Positions 18,614 to 28,565 of a DNA stretch of 64,000 nucleotides are shown piece after piece; the first letter of the stretch is position 1; each line of letters begins with the position of its first letter. The stretch is taken from assembly GCA_003220495.1 (NCBI GenBank), contig QHSP01000015.1, forward strand, positions 196,610 to 260,609. Reading direction: 5' to 3'. The notes under the pieces are model-generated. The model did not search any database and was not told the DNA's origin. It saw only the letters and a program-made list of their open reading frames with translations. The DNA is from Candidatus Rokuibacteriota bacterium (GTDB lineage Bacteria; Methylomirabilota; Methylomirabilia; Rokubacteriales; CSP1-6). The position numbers and the translations under genes were made by a program.

Positions 18614-19309
18614 TCAGCTCTCGACCGGCAGATCCGTCCCGACGCAGAGGGCGATGGCGTAGCCGCCGTGCACCGTGTGGCGGCCGGAGAGCTCCAGTCC
18701 ACCCGTCACGACACGGTGGCGGCCTGGCGCGATCTCCTGACAGGTCACTGCCCGGAGCGCCATCGCCAGGCCCCGTCCCACCACCTTCGAGCACGCCTCC
18801 TTCAGGGCCCACAGGATCGCCAGCCGCTCCTCCGCCGGGCGCGAGCCGAGCAGGGTGTCGCGATCGTGGGCGAACTGGTCGGCGAGTCGTCGCAGGCGAG
18901 GGGACACCTCTTCGATATCGACGCCGACCCTCGACCCGACGGCGCTCGAGGTGGCGGCGCAGACGAATCGGCTCTTGTGGGAGAGGGAGCAGTCCGGCAC
19001 GACGGCGGCGGCCGACTCCGCAGCGAAGACGAGTCGCGGCCGCCCGCGCGGGTCCTTGACGACGGCGCACTGGCGCGGGTCGCCGATCCGGCCCTGCTGC
19101 AGCGCCATGAGCTTGAGGCACACCCGCGCGCCGAGCCATTCCCGGCGGCGCAGCGGATGCCGGAGCTCGGCGTACTCGACTGCCTCGGCCGAGGTGAGAT
19201 AGCCCGCGGCCAACGACTCCACCTCTCCGAGCCCGGCGAGATCCAGCAGGCGCACCTCGACCTGGCTCTCGCCCAGCTCGACCCGGATCAGCTCGAGCGC
19301 GTTCGTCAC
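18614..19309 (-). CDS. 4'-phosphopantetheinyl transferase (Sfp/EntD-type)
   Basis: WALKEACSKVVGRGL matches the PPTase W-x-x-KE-A-x-x-K motif. 231 aa, GTG start. Divergent from the bfd-bfr operon. Confidence 0.7.
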   Translation of the reverse strand: MTNALELIRVELGESQVEVRLLDLAGLGEVESLAAGYLTSAEAVEYAELRHPLRRREWLGARVCLKLMALQQGRIGDPRQCAVVKDPRGRPRLVFAAESAAAVVPDCSLSHKSRFVCAATSSAVGSRVGVDIEEVSPRLRRLADQFAHDRDTLLGSRPAEERLAILWALKEACSKVVGRGLAMALRAVTCQEIAPGRHRVVTGGLELSGRHTVHGGYAIALCVGTDLPVES

Positions 19310-19344
19310 TCGGGACCCGGCGCCGTCGACCGGTGGTCTCGGTA

Positions 19345-19363
19345 GTTAGGTTGCCCTAATCCA
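19345..19363. promoter_or_regulatory. IdeR/DtxR-like iron box TTAGGTTGCCCTAATCCAG
   Basis: Matches the 19-bp consensus TTAGGTTAGCCTAACCTAA at 14 of 19 positions and has the TTAGG...CCTAA inverted arms. Located in the divergent intergenic region between the PPTase gene and bfd-bfr. Confidence 0.5.
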
Positions 19364-19463
19364 GAAAATTCTGTTATCCTCATGCTCGGGACGACGAGAG
19401 AGGAGCCCGAATGCGGCTGGCACGAGCGAACGGAGCGTGGCGCCCGAGCGGAGCATCGCCGAG

Positions 19464-19712
19464 ATGATCGTCTGTCTCTGCCGCGGACTCGGCGAGCGCG
19501 CGATCCGGGCGACGATCGCCCGGGGCGGCGATACCCGCGAGCGGCTGGCGGCGCTCTGCGGCGCCGGCGACGACTGCGGCGGCTGCTCGCCCACGCTCGA
19601 TGCGCTGCTTGATGAAGCCCACGACGCGTCCTACAGTGACCTCGCATCACAATCCACTCTCGAGGTCGGAGGAGCACTATGCGAGGCCATGAGCAGGTCG
19701 TCACCCTCCTGA
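19464..19712 (+). CDS. bfd: Bacterioferritin-associated ferredoxin (BFD-like [2Fe-2S] domain)
   Basis: [19 protein letters not shown]...[12 protein letters not shown] has the C-x-C ... C-x-x-C Bfd pattern. Overlaps the bfr start by 34 nt and carries an atypical C-terminal extension. Confidence 0.65.
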   Translation: MIVCLCRGLGERAIRATIARGGDTRERLAALCGAGDDCGGCSPTLDALLDEAHDASYSDLASQSTLEVGGALCEAMSRSSPS

Positions 19713-20155
19713 ACGACGTCCTCACGGCCGAGCTCACCGCGATCAATCAGTACTTCATCCACGGCCGGATGTGCGAGAACTGGGGCTACGAGCGGCTGTG
19801 GAAGAAGCTGCGTGAAGAATCGCTCGGCGAGATGCGCCACGCCGACGAGCTCATCGCCCGCATCCTCTATCTCGAGGGCGTGCCCAACGTGCAGCGGCTC
19901 GGCAGGGTGAACGTGGGCGAGACCGTGCCGGAGCAGCTTCGCCTGGATCTCGAGCTCGAGCGCGACGCGATCCGCATGCTCAACGCGGGGATCGAGACGG
20001 CCCGGAGCCTGGGCGACAACGGCACGCGGGAGCTGCTCGAGCACCTCCTGGAAGGCGAGGAGGACCACGCGAACTGGATCGAAGCCCAGATGACCCTGAT
20101 CGCCCAGACGGGCGAAGGCAACTACCTCGCGCAGCAGATCAAGAAGGACGAGTAG
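19679..20155 (+). CDS. bfr: Bacterioferritin
   Basis: 158 aa, collinear with E. coli Bfr ([22 protein letters not shown], di-iron ligands E/H, the heme Met is present). Confidence 0.9.
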   Translation: MRGHEQVVTLLNDVLTAELTAINQYFIHGRMCENWGYERLWKKLREESLGEMRHADELIARILYLEGVPNVQRLGRVNVGETVPEQLRLDLELERDAIRMLNAGIETARSLGDNGTRELLEHLLEGEEDHANWIEAQMTLIAQTGEGNYLAQQIKKDE

Positions 20156-21188
20156 CGCCCTCGGCCGTCGCGCCCGCGTAGTCCTTCCGGTGGAAGTAGT
20201 TCGCGTTGTAGAACTCCAGCACCAGATCGCGGTAGACCGCGCGCGGATACCGAGGCGGATCGTCGGGGCTCGCGCACGTCGGCACGCACTCGATGGCGGC
20301 GTCGACGTTCGGGCTGTAGAAGAACGCGATCGAGTACCGGTCCTTCCCCGAATCGTTCAGCACGCCGTGCGGTGTCGACAGGAAGCGGTCGTTCGACCAG
20401 CGCTTCATGATGTTGCCGAGATTCACCAGGAAAGTCCCGGGAATCACCGGCGGCGCCATCCACTCGCCGTTCGGGAGGCGGACCGCCAGGCCCGGCACGT
20501 CCTCCCGCGCGAGCATCGTGATGAACGAGTTGTCGGTATGGGGGCCCTGCCCGAACTGCTCCTCGTCGTCGGTCTCCTGCGGCGGGTAGTGGAGGAAGCG
20601 CAGGTTGATGTGCGCCTCGTTCCGGAAGAACTGGGCGAAGTAGTCGGCCGGCATCCCGAGGGCCCGCGCCAGCACCGGCAAGAGCTGCTCGCCGAGCTTC
20701 TCGAGCGTCTTGAAGTACGTGGCCATCGCCGCCCGCATGCGCGCGTGCCCGTCCGGCCACTGGTTTCGCCCGCGCAGGGGCGTGCCGGCGACGACGTCCG
20801 GGTGGTCGGCGGACCGATCGTGGCTGATGAAGAAGCTCTCGTTGAAGTTCGGCCGGGTCGCCTTGTGGACGGTCGAGTGCCGCTGCATGCTCTCGTTCAC
20901 CGCCAGGTACCCGATGTTGTTCTCGTTGATCTTCAGGGCGCGCTTCACCTCGCTCGGCGTCGCGTGAAACTCGCGCGAGGCCGCGAAGGCGTCGTCGATC
21001 ACCGCCTGCGGCACGTCGTGGCCGGCCAGATAGAAGAAGCCGACGGTCTCACAGGCCCGCCGCACCTCGAGCGCCACGGTATCCATCGCGCCCGGCTCGC
21101 CGCGGAACGCGGGCCCGACGTCGATGAGCGGAATCGCTTTCGTGGCCGAGTCGATATCCTTGACCGCCAGCGCCTTGAAGATGTTCAT
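20139..21188 (-). CDS. 2-oxoglutarate/Fe(II)-dependent oxygenase (isopenicillin-N-synthase-like)
   Basis: HTD...H facial triad ([12 protein letters not shown] ... STPHGV). About 350 aa. Start taken at MNIFKAL with a GGAGG ribosome-binding site. Confidence 0.8.
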   Translation of the reverse strand: MNIFKALAVKDIDSATKAIPLIDVGPAFRGEPGAMDTVALEVRRACETVGFFYLAGHDVPQAVIDDAFAASREFHATPSEVKRALKINENNIGYLAVNESMQRHSTVHKATRPNFNESFFISHDRSADHPDVVAGTPLRGRNQWPDGHARMRAAMATYFKTLEKLGEQLLPVLARALGMPADYFAQFFRNEAHINLRFLHYPPQETDDEEQFGQGPHTDNSFITMLAREDVPGLAVRLPNGEWMAPPVIPGTFLVNLGNIMKRWSNDRFLSTPHGVLNDSGKDRYSIAFFYSPNVDAAIECVPTCASPDDPPRYPRAVYRDLVLEFYNANYFHRKDYAGATAEGATRPS

Positions 21189-21325
21189 CTCTGGGCCTCC
21201 GTGCCCAATCACAGAATCCTAACCCCGCGGCGGGGCCGAGACCAGCAGCTTTTGGCGGTTTGACAGAGGCCCGAGGCTGTCTCTAGGGTAGTTGTCGGAA
21301 ATCGGACCGGGGAGGCCCAAGAGGG

Positions 21326-21928
21326 ATGCGCCAGACTTCGCGCCGTGAGTTCCTGAGAGCCGCCGCCGGGCTGTCGGCGTTTGCGGCCGTCGTGCAGAGT
21401 GGAGACGCGGCCCAGACGCCACCGCTCCGGCCCACGCCGAGCTGTCCGGGCTCGGCGCCGCCGACCGAGCGCCAGACGGAGGGACCGTATTTCAAGCCCG
21501 ACTCACCCCTGCGCGCCTCGCTCCTCGAGCCGGCAATCGCCGGGACGAAGATCGTGGTGGCCGGGATGGTCCTGTCCACGACCTGCCAGCCGGTCGCGCG
21601 AGCCTTGATCGACGTCTGGCACGCGGACGATCGCGGAGGCTACGACAACACCGGCTTCCGGCTGCGCGGGCACCAGTTCACGGATGACCAGGGCCGCTAT
21701 CGGCTCGAGACGATCGTGCCGGGGATCTACGTCGGCCGGACGCGCCACTTCCACGTGAAGGTGCAGGCGCCGAGCCGGCCGGTGCTGACAACCCAGCTCT
21801 ATTTTCCCGGAGAGGCGGTCAACGCGAGGGATCCGATCTTCAGTCGTGATCTCGTGATGCAGGTGAGCGATGCCGGCAGCGGCAAGGCGGCGACGTTCGA
21901 CTTCGTGCTCGACCTCGGACGACCATGA
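21326..21928 (+). CDS. Intradiol ring-cleavage dioxygenase-family protein, Tat-secreted
   Basis: RREFLRAAAGLSAFAAV Tat signal. TEGPYF motif and the conserved YxxxxRxxH-like region (YRLETIVPGIYVGRTRHFH). Confidence 0.7.
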   Translation: MRQTSRREFLRAAAGLSAFAAVVQSGDAAQTPPLRPTPSCPGSAPPTERQTEGPYFKPDSPLRASLLEPAIAGTKIVVAGMVLSTTCQPVARALIDVWHADDRGGYDNTGFRLRGHQFTDDQGRYRLETIVPGIYVGRTRHFHVKVQAPSRPVLTTQLYFPGEAVNARDPIFSRDLVMQVSDAGSGKAATFDFVLDLGRP

Positions 21929-23676
21929 CCGATTTCGTGAGCGAAGTCCGTGACGGGATGCGCATCGACTGGGACGTCCCCATCCGCGTGGACGACGGCC
22001 TCGTCCTGCGCGCCGACGTGTTTCGTCCGCTCGCTGACGGCAAGCATCCGGTCATCCTGACCTACGGCCCGTACGGGAAGTGGCTCCACTTCGAGGATCT
22101 CTACACGGACCAGTGGCGCCGGATGGTCGAGCAGCATCCCGACGTGCCCGCCGGCTCCACGAACAAGTACCAGAACTGGGAAGTGGTCGACCCGGAGAAG
22201 TGGGTGCCGGACGGCTACGTCTGCATCCGAATCGACTCGCGGGGCGCCGGGCGCTCGCCCGGCTACCTCGACATCTGGTCAGCTCGCGAGGCCCAAGACC
22301 TCTACCATTGCATCGAGTGGGCGGCCGCGCAGCCCTGGAGCAACGGCAAGATCGGGCTGAACGGCATCTCCTACTACGCGATGAATCAGTGGCAGGTCGC
22401 CGCGCTCGAGCCGCCGCACCTGGCCGCGATCTGCATCTGGGAGGGTGCGGCCGACTACTATCGCGACCTCAGCCACCACGGCGGCATCCTCTGCACCTTC
22501 GGGCGGGCGTGGTTTCCGTCGCAGGTCATCCGGGTCCAGCACGGCCGCGGCACGAAGGGATACCGGAGCCGGATGAACGGCGACTGGGTCTCCGGGCCGC
22601 CGACGATGACCGAGGAGGAGCTCGGCGGGAACCGGCGCGACTTCTACGAGGATTGCTGGAAGAATCCGCTCGCCAGCGACGACTACTGGCGCTCGCGTAT
22701 GCCCGACTGGACCAAGCTGAACGTACCGCTCTTCTCGGCGGCCAACTGGGGCGGGCAGGGTCTTCATCCGCGGGGCAACTTCGAGGGCTTCGTGCGCTCG
22801 GCGTCGAAGCAGAAGTGGCTCGAGGTGCACGGCATCGAGCACTGGACCCACTTCTACACCGACTACGGCGTCAGTCTCCAGAAGCGGTTCTTCGGCCACT
22901 TCCTGAAGGGCGAGGACACGGGATGGAAGAAGCAGCCGAAGGTCGTGCTGCAGGTGCGCCATCCCGGTGAGAAGTTCGTCGAGCGTCACGAGAAGGAATG
23001 GCCGCTCGCGCGCACGAAGTGGACCAAGCTCTACCTGAGCCCGGCCGATCAGAGCCTGGTCCGCGCGCCCGTCAGACGCCGCGGCGCCGTCACCTACGAC
23101 GGGCTCGGCGAGGGCGTCACGTTCCTCACGCCGCCGCTGCCGCGCGAGACCGAGATCACCGGCCCCATCGCGGCGAAGCTCTTCGTCTCGTCCCAGACGG
23201 CGGACGCCGATCTCTTCCTGGTGGTCCGCGTGCTGACCCCGAATATGAAGGAAGTCGTTTTCCAGGGTGCGCTCGACCCGCACACGCCGATTGCCCAGGG
23301 ATGGCTTCGCGCCTCACACCGGAAGCTCGACCCGAAGCTCACGCTTCCGTATCGCCCCTACCACACGCACGACGAGAAGCAGCCGCTCACTCCCGGTAAG
23401 ATCTACGAGCTCGACGTCGAGGTCTGGCCCACGTCGATCGTGGTCCCGGCCGGCTACCGCATCGGCCTCACGGTGCGCGGACGCGACTACGAATATCCGG
23501 GTGGTCCGTCGACGGGGCTCGGTACGCTGGGCGCGGTCTTCACCGGCGTCGGGCCGTTCCAGCACAACGACCCGCGAGATCGGCCCGCCGAGATCTTCGG
23601 CCGGAAGGTCACGATCCACGGCGGACCCGGCCGCCAATCGTCCGTCTTGCTGCCGATCATTCCCCCCGCGCGCTGA
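21925..23676 (+). CDS. CocE/NonD-family hydrolase (X-Pro dipeptidyl-peptidase S15-like alpha/beta hydrolase)
   Basis: 583 aa. GISYYA around the nucleophile Ser, plus the C-terminal beta-sandwich domain typical of CocE/NonD. Confidence 0.85.
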   Translation: MTDFVSEVRDGMRIDWDVPIRVDDGLVLRADVFRPLADGKHPVILTYGPYGKWLHFEDLYTDQWRRMVEQHPDVPAGSTNKYQNWEVVDPEKWVPDGYVCIRIDSRGAGRSPGYLDIWSAREAQDLYHCIEWAAAQPWSNGKIGLNGISYYAMNQWQVAALEPPHLAAICIWEGAADYYRDLSHHGGILCTFGRAWFPSQVIRVQHGRGTKGYRSRMNGDWVSGPPTMTEEELGGNRRDFYEDCWKNPLASDDYWRSRMPDWTKLNVPLFSAANWGGQGLHPRGNFEGFVRSASKQKWLEVHGIEHWTHFYTDYGVSLQKRFFGHFLKGEDTGWKKQPKVVLQVRHPGEKFVERHEKEWPLARTKWTKLYLSPADQSLVRAPVRRRGAVTYDGLGEGVTFLTPPLPRETEITGPIAAKLFVSSQTADADLFLVVRVLTPNMKEVVFQGALDPHTPIAQGWLRASHRKLDPKLTLPYRPYHTHDEKQPLTPGKIYELDVEVWPTSIVVPAGYRIGLTVRGRDYEYPGGPSTGLGTLGAVFTGVGPFQHNDPRDRPAEIFGRKVTIHGGPGRQSSVLLPIIPPAR

Positions 23677-23694
23677 GCGACAGCGCCGGTCTCC

Positions 23695-25998
23695 CTACGC
23701 GCCGTGGATGGCGCGCCAGATCTTCTCGGAAGTGAGCGGGATGTCGACGTGATGGACGCCGAAGGGCGAAAGCGCATCCACGACCGCGTTCACGATCGCC
23801 GGCGGCGCGACGCAGGCGCTGCCTTCGCCGACGCCCTTGACGCCGAGCGGATTGAGCGGCGACGGAGTCACTGTGCGATCGACCACCAGCTCGGGCATGT
23901 CGTCCGCGCGCGGGATCGCGTACTCCATGAACGTTCCCGTGAGGAGCTGGCCGTCCTCGCCGTAGACGATCCGCTCCAGCAGGGTCTGGCCAAGTCCCTG
24001 AGCGAAGCCGCCGACGATCTGTCCGTCGATGAGCAACGGGTTGATGGCGTTGCCGCAGTCGTCGACGGCGACGAAGCGCTCGAGGCGAACCTGACCCGTG
24101 TCCTTGGCCACGCGGACGACGGCCAGGCCCGCGCCGAAGCTCCAGGACGGCTGATCCTGGCGAAAGAACACGGTCGCCTCGAGGCCGGGCGTCTCGTCGG
24201 CTGGCAAGCCCATTCCGCGATAGGCGAGCTCGCCGACTCTGTCCCAGCCGACGACCTTCTCCGGCAAGCCCTTCACCTGAAAGCCGCCGCGCACGAGCTG
24301 AAGGTCTTCCGGGCTCGCCTCCAGAAGGCGCGCGGCCAGCCGCCGTCCCTTGTCCCTGACTTCGCCCGCGGCCCGGGCCAGCGCGTTTCCGCCGAGGCCT
24401 GCGCTGCGGCTGCCGAACGTTCCGATCGCCTGCGGCGCGCCGAGCGTGTCGCCGTGGCGGACGATCACGTCCTCCCAGGCGACGCCGAGCTGGTCGGCGA
24501 TGATCTGGGCGAAGGTGGTCTCGTGCCCCTGTCCGTGCGGACTCGATCCAGTGACCGCCGTGACCTTGCCGCTGCGCTCGACCCGGACGACTCCGCTCTC
24601 CCAGCCGAGCACATTCGTGGATTCCACGTAGGCCGCGACGCCGATCCCCATGATCTCGCCGCGGCGGCGCGCCGCCGACTGCTCGCGGCGGAGCTCTCGA
24701 TAGCCGGCGAGGTCGACGACGCGATCGAGGGCGCGTGCGTAGTTGCCGGAGTCGTAGGCGGGACCGAACGGCGTGCGGTGGGGAAACGCGTCGGGCGTGA
24801 TGAAGTTGCGGCGGCGGATCTCCACGGGATCCAGATTCGTCGCCCGCGCGGCCTCGTCCATGAGGCGCTCGATCAGATAGACGCCGACCGGCCTCCCCGA
24901 TCCCCGGTACGGCCCGGTCGGCGCGGTGTTCGTGTAGACCCCGAGGCTCAGGAGCTCGGCGTTCTGGATGCGGTAGGGCCCGAAGATGTGCGTTGAAGCC
25001 GACATCGGCGGAACCAGCGACAGCGAGAGCAGATGGGCCCCGAGATCGAAGACCGCCCGAGCTCTCAGGCCGACGATCTCCCCATCGGCGGTCACCGCGC
25101 CCGTGGCTTCCGTGACCGCGGCGCGTGCCTGGATGGTCGTCAAGAGATCTTCGGTCCGCGTGGACATCCAGCGAATGGGCCGCCCGAGCTCTCGCGCGAG
25201 AACCGCGGCCACGATCTCCTCGCGGTAGAGCGGTCCCTTCACGCCGAAGCCCCCGCCGACGTCCGGTGCGATCACGCGGAGCTTGTGCTCCGGGAAACCG
25301 AGCACCGCCGCGAGGTCGGCGCGAGACAGGAAAGGGTTCTGTGTCGTCAGCCAGAGCGTCAGCTCGCCGCTCCCGGCGTCGTAGCGCGCGAGGACGCCTC
25401 GGGGTTCCATCGGCGCCCCGGCGAGCCGGTTGTGGTCCAGGCGGACCTTGACGACGTGCGCGGCTCTGCCGAACGCGCCGTCGACGTCGCCGCCCTTGAG
25501 GGGCCAGCTGAAGGCCTGATTGGTCCCGAGCTCGGTGTGGGCGAGTGCGGCGCCGGGCTCGAGACCGCGCTCCGGACCCGCGATCGGCGCAAGCGGCTCG
25601 TAGTCGATCTCGATCAAGTCGGCCGCGTCGCGGGCCAGCGCGGCGGACTCGGCGACGATCGCCGCGACGGGGACGCCGGTCGAATCGACGACCGCGCCGG
25701 CGAGATAGGGACACGGCGCTTGCTTCAGCCCGGGGATCGTCGCCATGAAGGGGAGCGGCCGCAGCGGACCCAGATCAGCGGCCGTCGCCACGCGAACGAC
25801 ACCCGGCGCCTTCCGCGCCGCGTCGGTCCGGAGCGCCTTCAGCCGAGCGTGCGCGTGCGGGCTCCGGAGAAACGCGAGGTGCGCGAGCCCCGGCACCGTG
25901 ATGTCCTCGACGTACTGCCCGCGGCCCGTGATGAGCTTCGGGTCCTCGGTGCGCTTGAGCGGGCGGCCGACGTACGGCTCGCGGTCCGTTGCGCTCAT
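23695..25998 (-). CDS. Xanthine dehydrogenase/CoxL-family molybdopterin-binding large subunit (paralog 1)
   Basis: 767 aa. N-terminal a/b-hammerhead (VGRPLKRTEDPKLITG) and a PYRGSGR active-site loop, i.e. not a form-I CO dehydrogenase (which has AYxCSFR). Confidence 0.85.
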   Translation of the reverse strand: MSATDREPYVGRPLKRTEDPKLITGRGQYVEDITVPGLAHLAFLRSPHAHARLKALRTDAARKAPGVVRVATAADLGPLRPLPFMATIPGLKQAPCPYLAGAVVDSTGVPVAAIVAESAALARDAADLIEIDYEPLAPIAGPERGLEPGAALAHTELGTNQAFSWPLKGGDVDGAFGRAAHVVKVRLDHNRLAGAPMEPRGVLARYDAGSGELTLWLTTQNPFLSRADLAAVLGFPEHKLRVIAPDVGGGFGVKGPLYREEIVAAVLARELGRPIRWMSTRTEDLLTTIQARAAVTEATGAVTADGEIVGLRARAVFDLGAHLLSLSLVPPMSASTHIFGPYRIQNAELLSLGVYTNTAPTGPYRGSGRPVGVYLIERLMDEAARATNLDPVEIRRRNFITPDAFPHRTPFGPAYDSGNYARALDRVVDLAGYRELRREQSAARRRGEIMGIGVAAYVESTNVLGWESGVVRVERSGKVTAVTGSSPHGQGHETTFAQIIADQLGVAWEDVIVRHGDTLGAPQAIGTFGSRSAGLGGNALARAAGEVRDKGRRLAARLLEASPEDLQLVRGGFQVKGLPEKVVGWDRVGELAYRGMGLPADETPGLEATVFFRQDQPSWSFGAGLAVVRVAKDTGQVRLERFVAVDDCGNAINPLLIDGQIVGGFAQGLGQTLLERIVYGEDGQLLTGTFMEYAIPRADDMPELVVDRTVTPSPLNPLGVKGVGEGSACVAPPAIVNAVVDALSPFGVHHVDIPLTSEKIWRAIHGA

Positions 25999-26002
25999 CG
26001 GC

Positions 26003-26938
26003 TCATCCGGTCATCGTGTGGCTCAGCTCACCGATGCCTTCGATCGCGAGCTTCACCGTGTCGCCGGCCTTGAGGAACATTCGCCGCGGCATCCCCACGC
26101 CGGCCGGCGTCCCGGTCAAGACGAGATCGCCGGGCTGGAGGGTCACGCGCGAGGACAGCATCGCGATCTGCTCGGCCGTGTCGAAGATCATCCGGCTCGT
26201 GTTGGAGTCCTGCATCAGCGTGTCGTTGACCCAGAGCTTGAGGCCGAGCTTCTGCGGATCGGGAAGCTCGTGGGCCGGCACGATCCAGGGGCCGAGCGGG
26301 CACGAGCCGTCGAAGCACTTCTGGCTGAGCCAGTCGTAGTGGAAGGGCGACGTCGCCGGATTCTTGTCGCGCCTCATGACGTCGCGCGCCGAGAGATCGT
26401 TGGCGATCGTGTAGCCGGCCACGTGCGCGAGCGCCCGCTCTACGGGGACGTCGCGTGCGACCTTGCCCATGACCGCCGCGAGCTCGACCTCCCAGTCGAC
26501 CATCTGAGAGTAGACCGGCAGCTTGACCCGAGCGCCTGGCCCGACGACCGAGCTCTTCGACGTCTTGACGAAGTGCCAGGGTTTTTCGCCCAGCTCCTTC
26601 ATGGTCGGCCCGGGTGGCTGGCCCTGGGCCCGCGCCATCTCGGCCATGTGATCGGTGTAGTTGGCGCCCGCGCAGTAGATGGTGCCCGGATAGAGGACGG
26701 GGGCCAGCAATCGCGCGCGGCCGAGCGGGACGCCCTTGCCTCGAGCCTTCCCGGACGCGAGCCGCTTCGAGGCCTGATCGATTAGGCGCCGGGCACGAGC
26801 CCAGTCCTCGAGTATACCCAGCACGCTCGCGTGGGCCGGGACGTTCGTGACCTTCGCCGCCTCGTACACCGTGTCGCCGATCAGCACGCCGGCCCGCGGG
26901 CCTTGACCGGTTCGAAAGCTCAGGAGCTTGTAGGGCAT
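26003..26938 (-). CDS. Fumarylacetoacetate hydrolase (FAH)-family protein
   Basis: 311 aa. Start recomputed to MPYKLL with a GGAGG ribosome-binding site. E..E..D metal-ligand pattern of the FAH fold. Directly upstream of, and co-oriented with, XDH paralog 1. Confidence 0.85.
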   Translation of the reverse strand: MPYKLLSFRTGQGPRAGVLIGDTVYEAAKVTNVPAHASVLGILEDWARARRLIDQASKRLASGKARGKGVPLGRARLLAPVLYPGTIYCAGANYTDHMAEMARAQGQPPGPTMKELGEKPWHFVKTSKSSVVGPGARVKLPVYSQMVDWEVELAAVMGKVARDVPVERALAHVAGYTIANDLSARDVMRRDKNPATSPFHYDWLSQKCFDGSCPLGPWIVPAHELPDPQKLGLKLWVNDTLMQDSNTSRMIFDTAEQIAMLSSRVTLQPGDLVLTGTPAGVGMPRRMFLKAGDTVKLAIEGIGELSHTMTG

Positions 26939-27031
26939 CGCGCGAATTCCTCCTTGAGCGGGAGCTTGCCGAGGGCCCGACGATACCATAGCCTCTTGCC
27001 TGCGACCGATCACCGAAGACCGGGGGATCTC

Positions 27032-27871
27032 ATGAAGCAGCTGACCAAGAACGTGTTCGTCGAGACCGAGCTCCGCGGCTCGAATCACGGCCTCGTCGCC
27101 ACCTCGGACGGCATCGTGCTGATCGACACCCCGCACAAGCCCAGCGACGCCATGCGGCTCAGGGCTGACGTCGAGCGACGCGGCCGGCTGCGCTACATCC
27201 TCAACACCGAGCCGCACGGCGACCACTGGACCGGGAACGCGTACTTCGACGCGCCGGTCGTCGCCCACGAGGGCGTGCGTCGACGCATCCTGACGACCGA
27301 CCTGGCCGCGCACGTCGCGCGCGTCGCCTCGTTCGGGCCGGAGGAGCCGAAGCTACTCGAGGGCTACAAGCCCAACGCGCCGGTGATCACGTTCGAGAGC
27401 GAGATGAAGCTCCACGTCGGCGACCACACCTTCCGGCTGGTCCACATGCCCGGCCATACGGCCTACCAGGCGGCGGTGATCGTCGAGGAAGAAGGCGTCG
27501 TCTTCACGAGCGACAACATCTTTTGCAAGGTCCACACGTGGCTGCAGGAAGCCGATCCGGACCTGTGGCTCACGGCGCTGGAATCGCTCCGGGGCCTCCG
27601 CGAAGACACGTTCGTCCCGGGCCATGGACCGATCTGCGACAAGCGCTACCTCGACGAGCAGGGCGCGTTCATCCGCGAGTGGGTCGACTCCGTGCGCAAG
27701 AGCGTGGGGCAGGGGAAGACGAAGGAGCAGTGTCTGGCCGACCTCACGGCGATGACGGATCGCTATCCGATGGACGTCGGCCAGGACGGCATGGCGCCGA
27801 TGGTCATGAAGATGAACGTGGCCAACCTGTACGACTTCGTCACGGGCGCCGGGATCCACCGGCGCAATTGA
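27032..27871 (+). CDS. MBL-fold metallo-hydrolase
   Basis: EPHGDHWTG (HxHxDH) and further His ligands (HMPGHT, PGHG). Start recomputed to MKQLTKN. Confidence 0.8.
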   Translation: MKQLTKNVFVETELRGSNHGLVATSDGIVLIDTPHKPSDAMRLRADVERRGRLRYILNTEPHGDHWTGNAYFDAPVVAHEGVRRRILTTDLAAHVARVASFGPEEPKLLEGYKPNAPVITFESEMKLHVGDHTFRLVHMPGHTAYQAAVIVEEEGVVFTSDNIFCKVHTWLQEADPDLWLTALESLRGLREDTFVPGHGPICDKRYLDEQGAFIREWVDSVRKSVGQGKTKEQCLADLTAMTDRYPMDVGQDGMAPMVMKMNVANLYDFVTGAGIHRRN

Positions 27872-28030
27872 CGACGCGCCTCGACCTCGCCCGCCGCGAC
27901 TAGCGCGTCGCCGGCCAGCTCTGCAGCGACTCCGGGTGGCGACGTCGCTCGGTCCGACCGTCGTTGAAGAGGCCGCTGCCCCTGATCACGTGGTAGATCT
28001 CGTCGGCGCCCGGGTGGCGATGGATCGGCT

Positions 28031-28375
28031 TCAGGTCGACGAATTCCAGGCGCCCTCCCTCTCAGAGGCGAACAGCTCGACGGTGCCCCGCCGGTTGTCG
28101 GTCAGCGCGAAGACCTCGTAGAACTCGATCTGCGGAGGCATCCCGTAGCGCTCGACGATGCCGTCGAGCCACGAGCCCCCGTAGAATCGCCTGGCGTCCT
28201 CGAGCGTCTCCCACTGATAGACGCCGCCGGCCCAGCCGCTCTCGCTCCAGATGAAGTGCTTGCTGATCAAGCCCTTCACCGGCTGGAACCCGGGCGCGAT
28301 CTTGTGGAAGTGCGCGCGGCACGCGTCGTAGTCGATGTGTGCTGGCAGCTTGTAGCGAACGGTGGCGGTGATCAT
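28031..28375 (-). CDS. YdhR-like small monooxygenase-fold protein
   Basis: 114 aa from MITATV with a GGAGG ribosome-binding site. Collinear with YdhR-family proteins (…GGVYQWETLEDARRF…). Confidence 0.55.
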   Translation of the reverse strand: MITATVRYKLPAHIDYDACRAHFHKIAPGFQPVKGLISKHFIWSESGWAGGVYQWETLEDARRFYGGSWLDGIVERYGMPPQIEFYEVFALTDNRRGTVELFASEREGAWNSST

Positions 28376-28507
28376 GGGGCCTCCCGTCTCCTTCAGCCGG
28401 CTCCCGAGCGTCCGGCGGCGAACCCGCCAGGCGTGGTGCATGGTAGCAAGGCCGGCCGGGAGTCGTCACGCGCGGTTTCCGGAAGGGGCGTTGACAGAGT
28501 GTTCGGA

Positions 28508-28526
28508 TTAGGTCATCCTAACTCTC
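28508..28526. promoter_or_regulatory. IdeR/DtxR-like iron box TTAGGTCATCCTAACTCTC overlapping a TTGACA-N17 promoter
   Basis: TTAGG-N5-CCTAA inverted repeat, 13 of 19 matches to the IdeR consensus. Sits 40 bp upstream of the cupredoxin-FTR1 iron-uptake genes, with TTGACA at 28491. Confidence 0.5.
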
Positions 28527-28565
28527 CCTGGATTGGGGCCTTAACCCGAGAGTCGGAGGGTCGCG

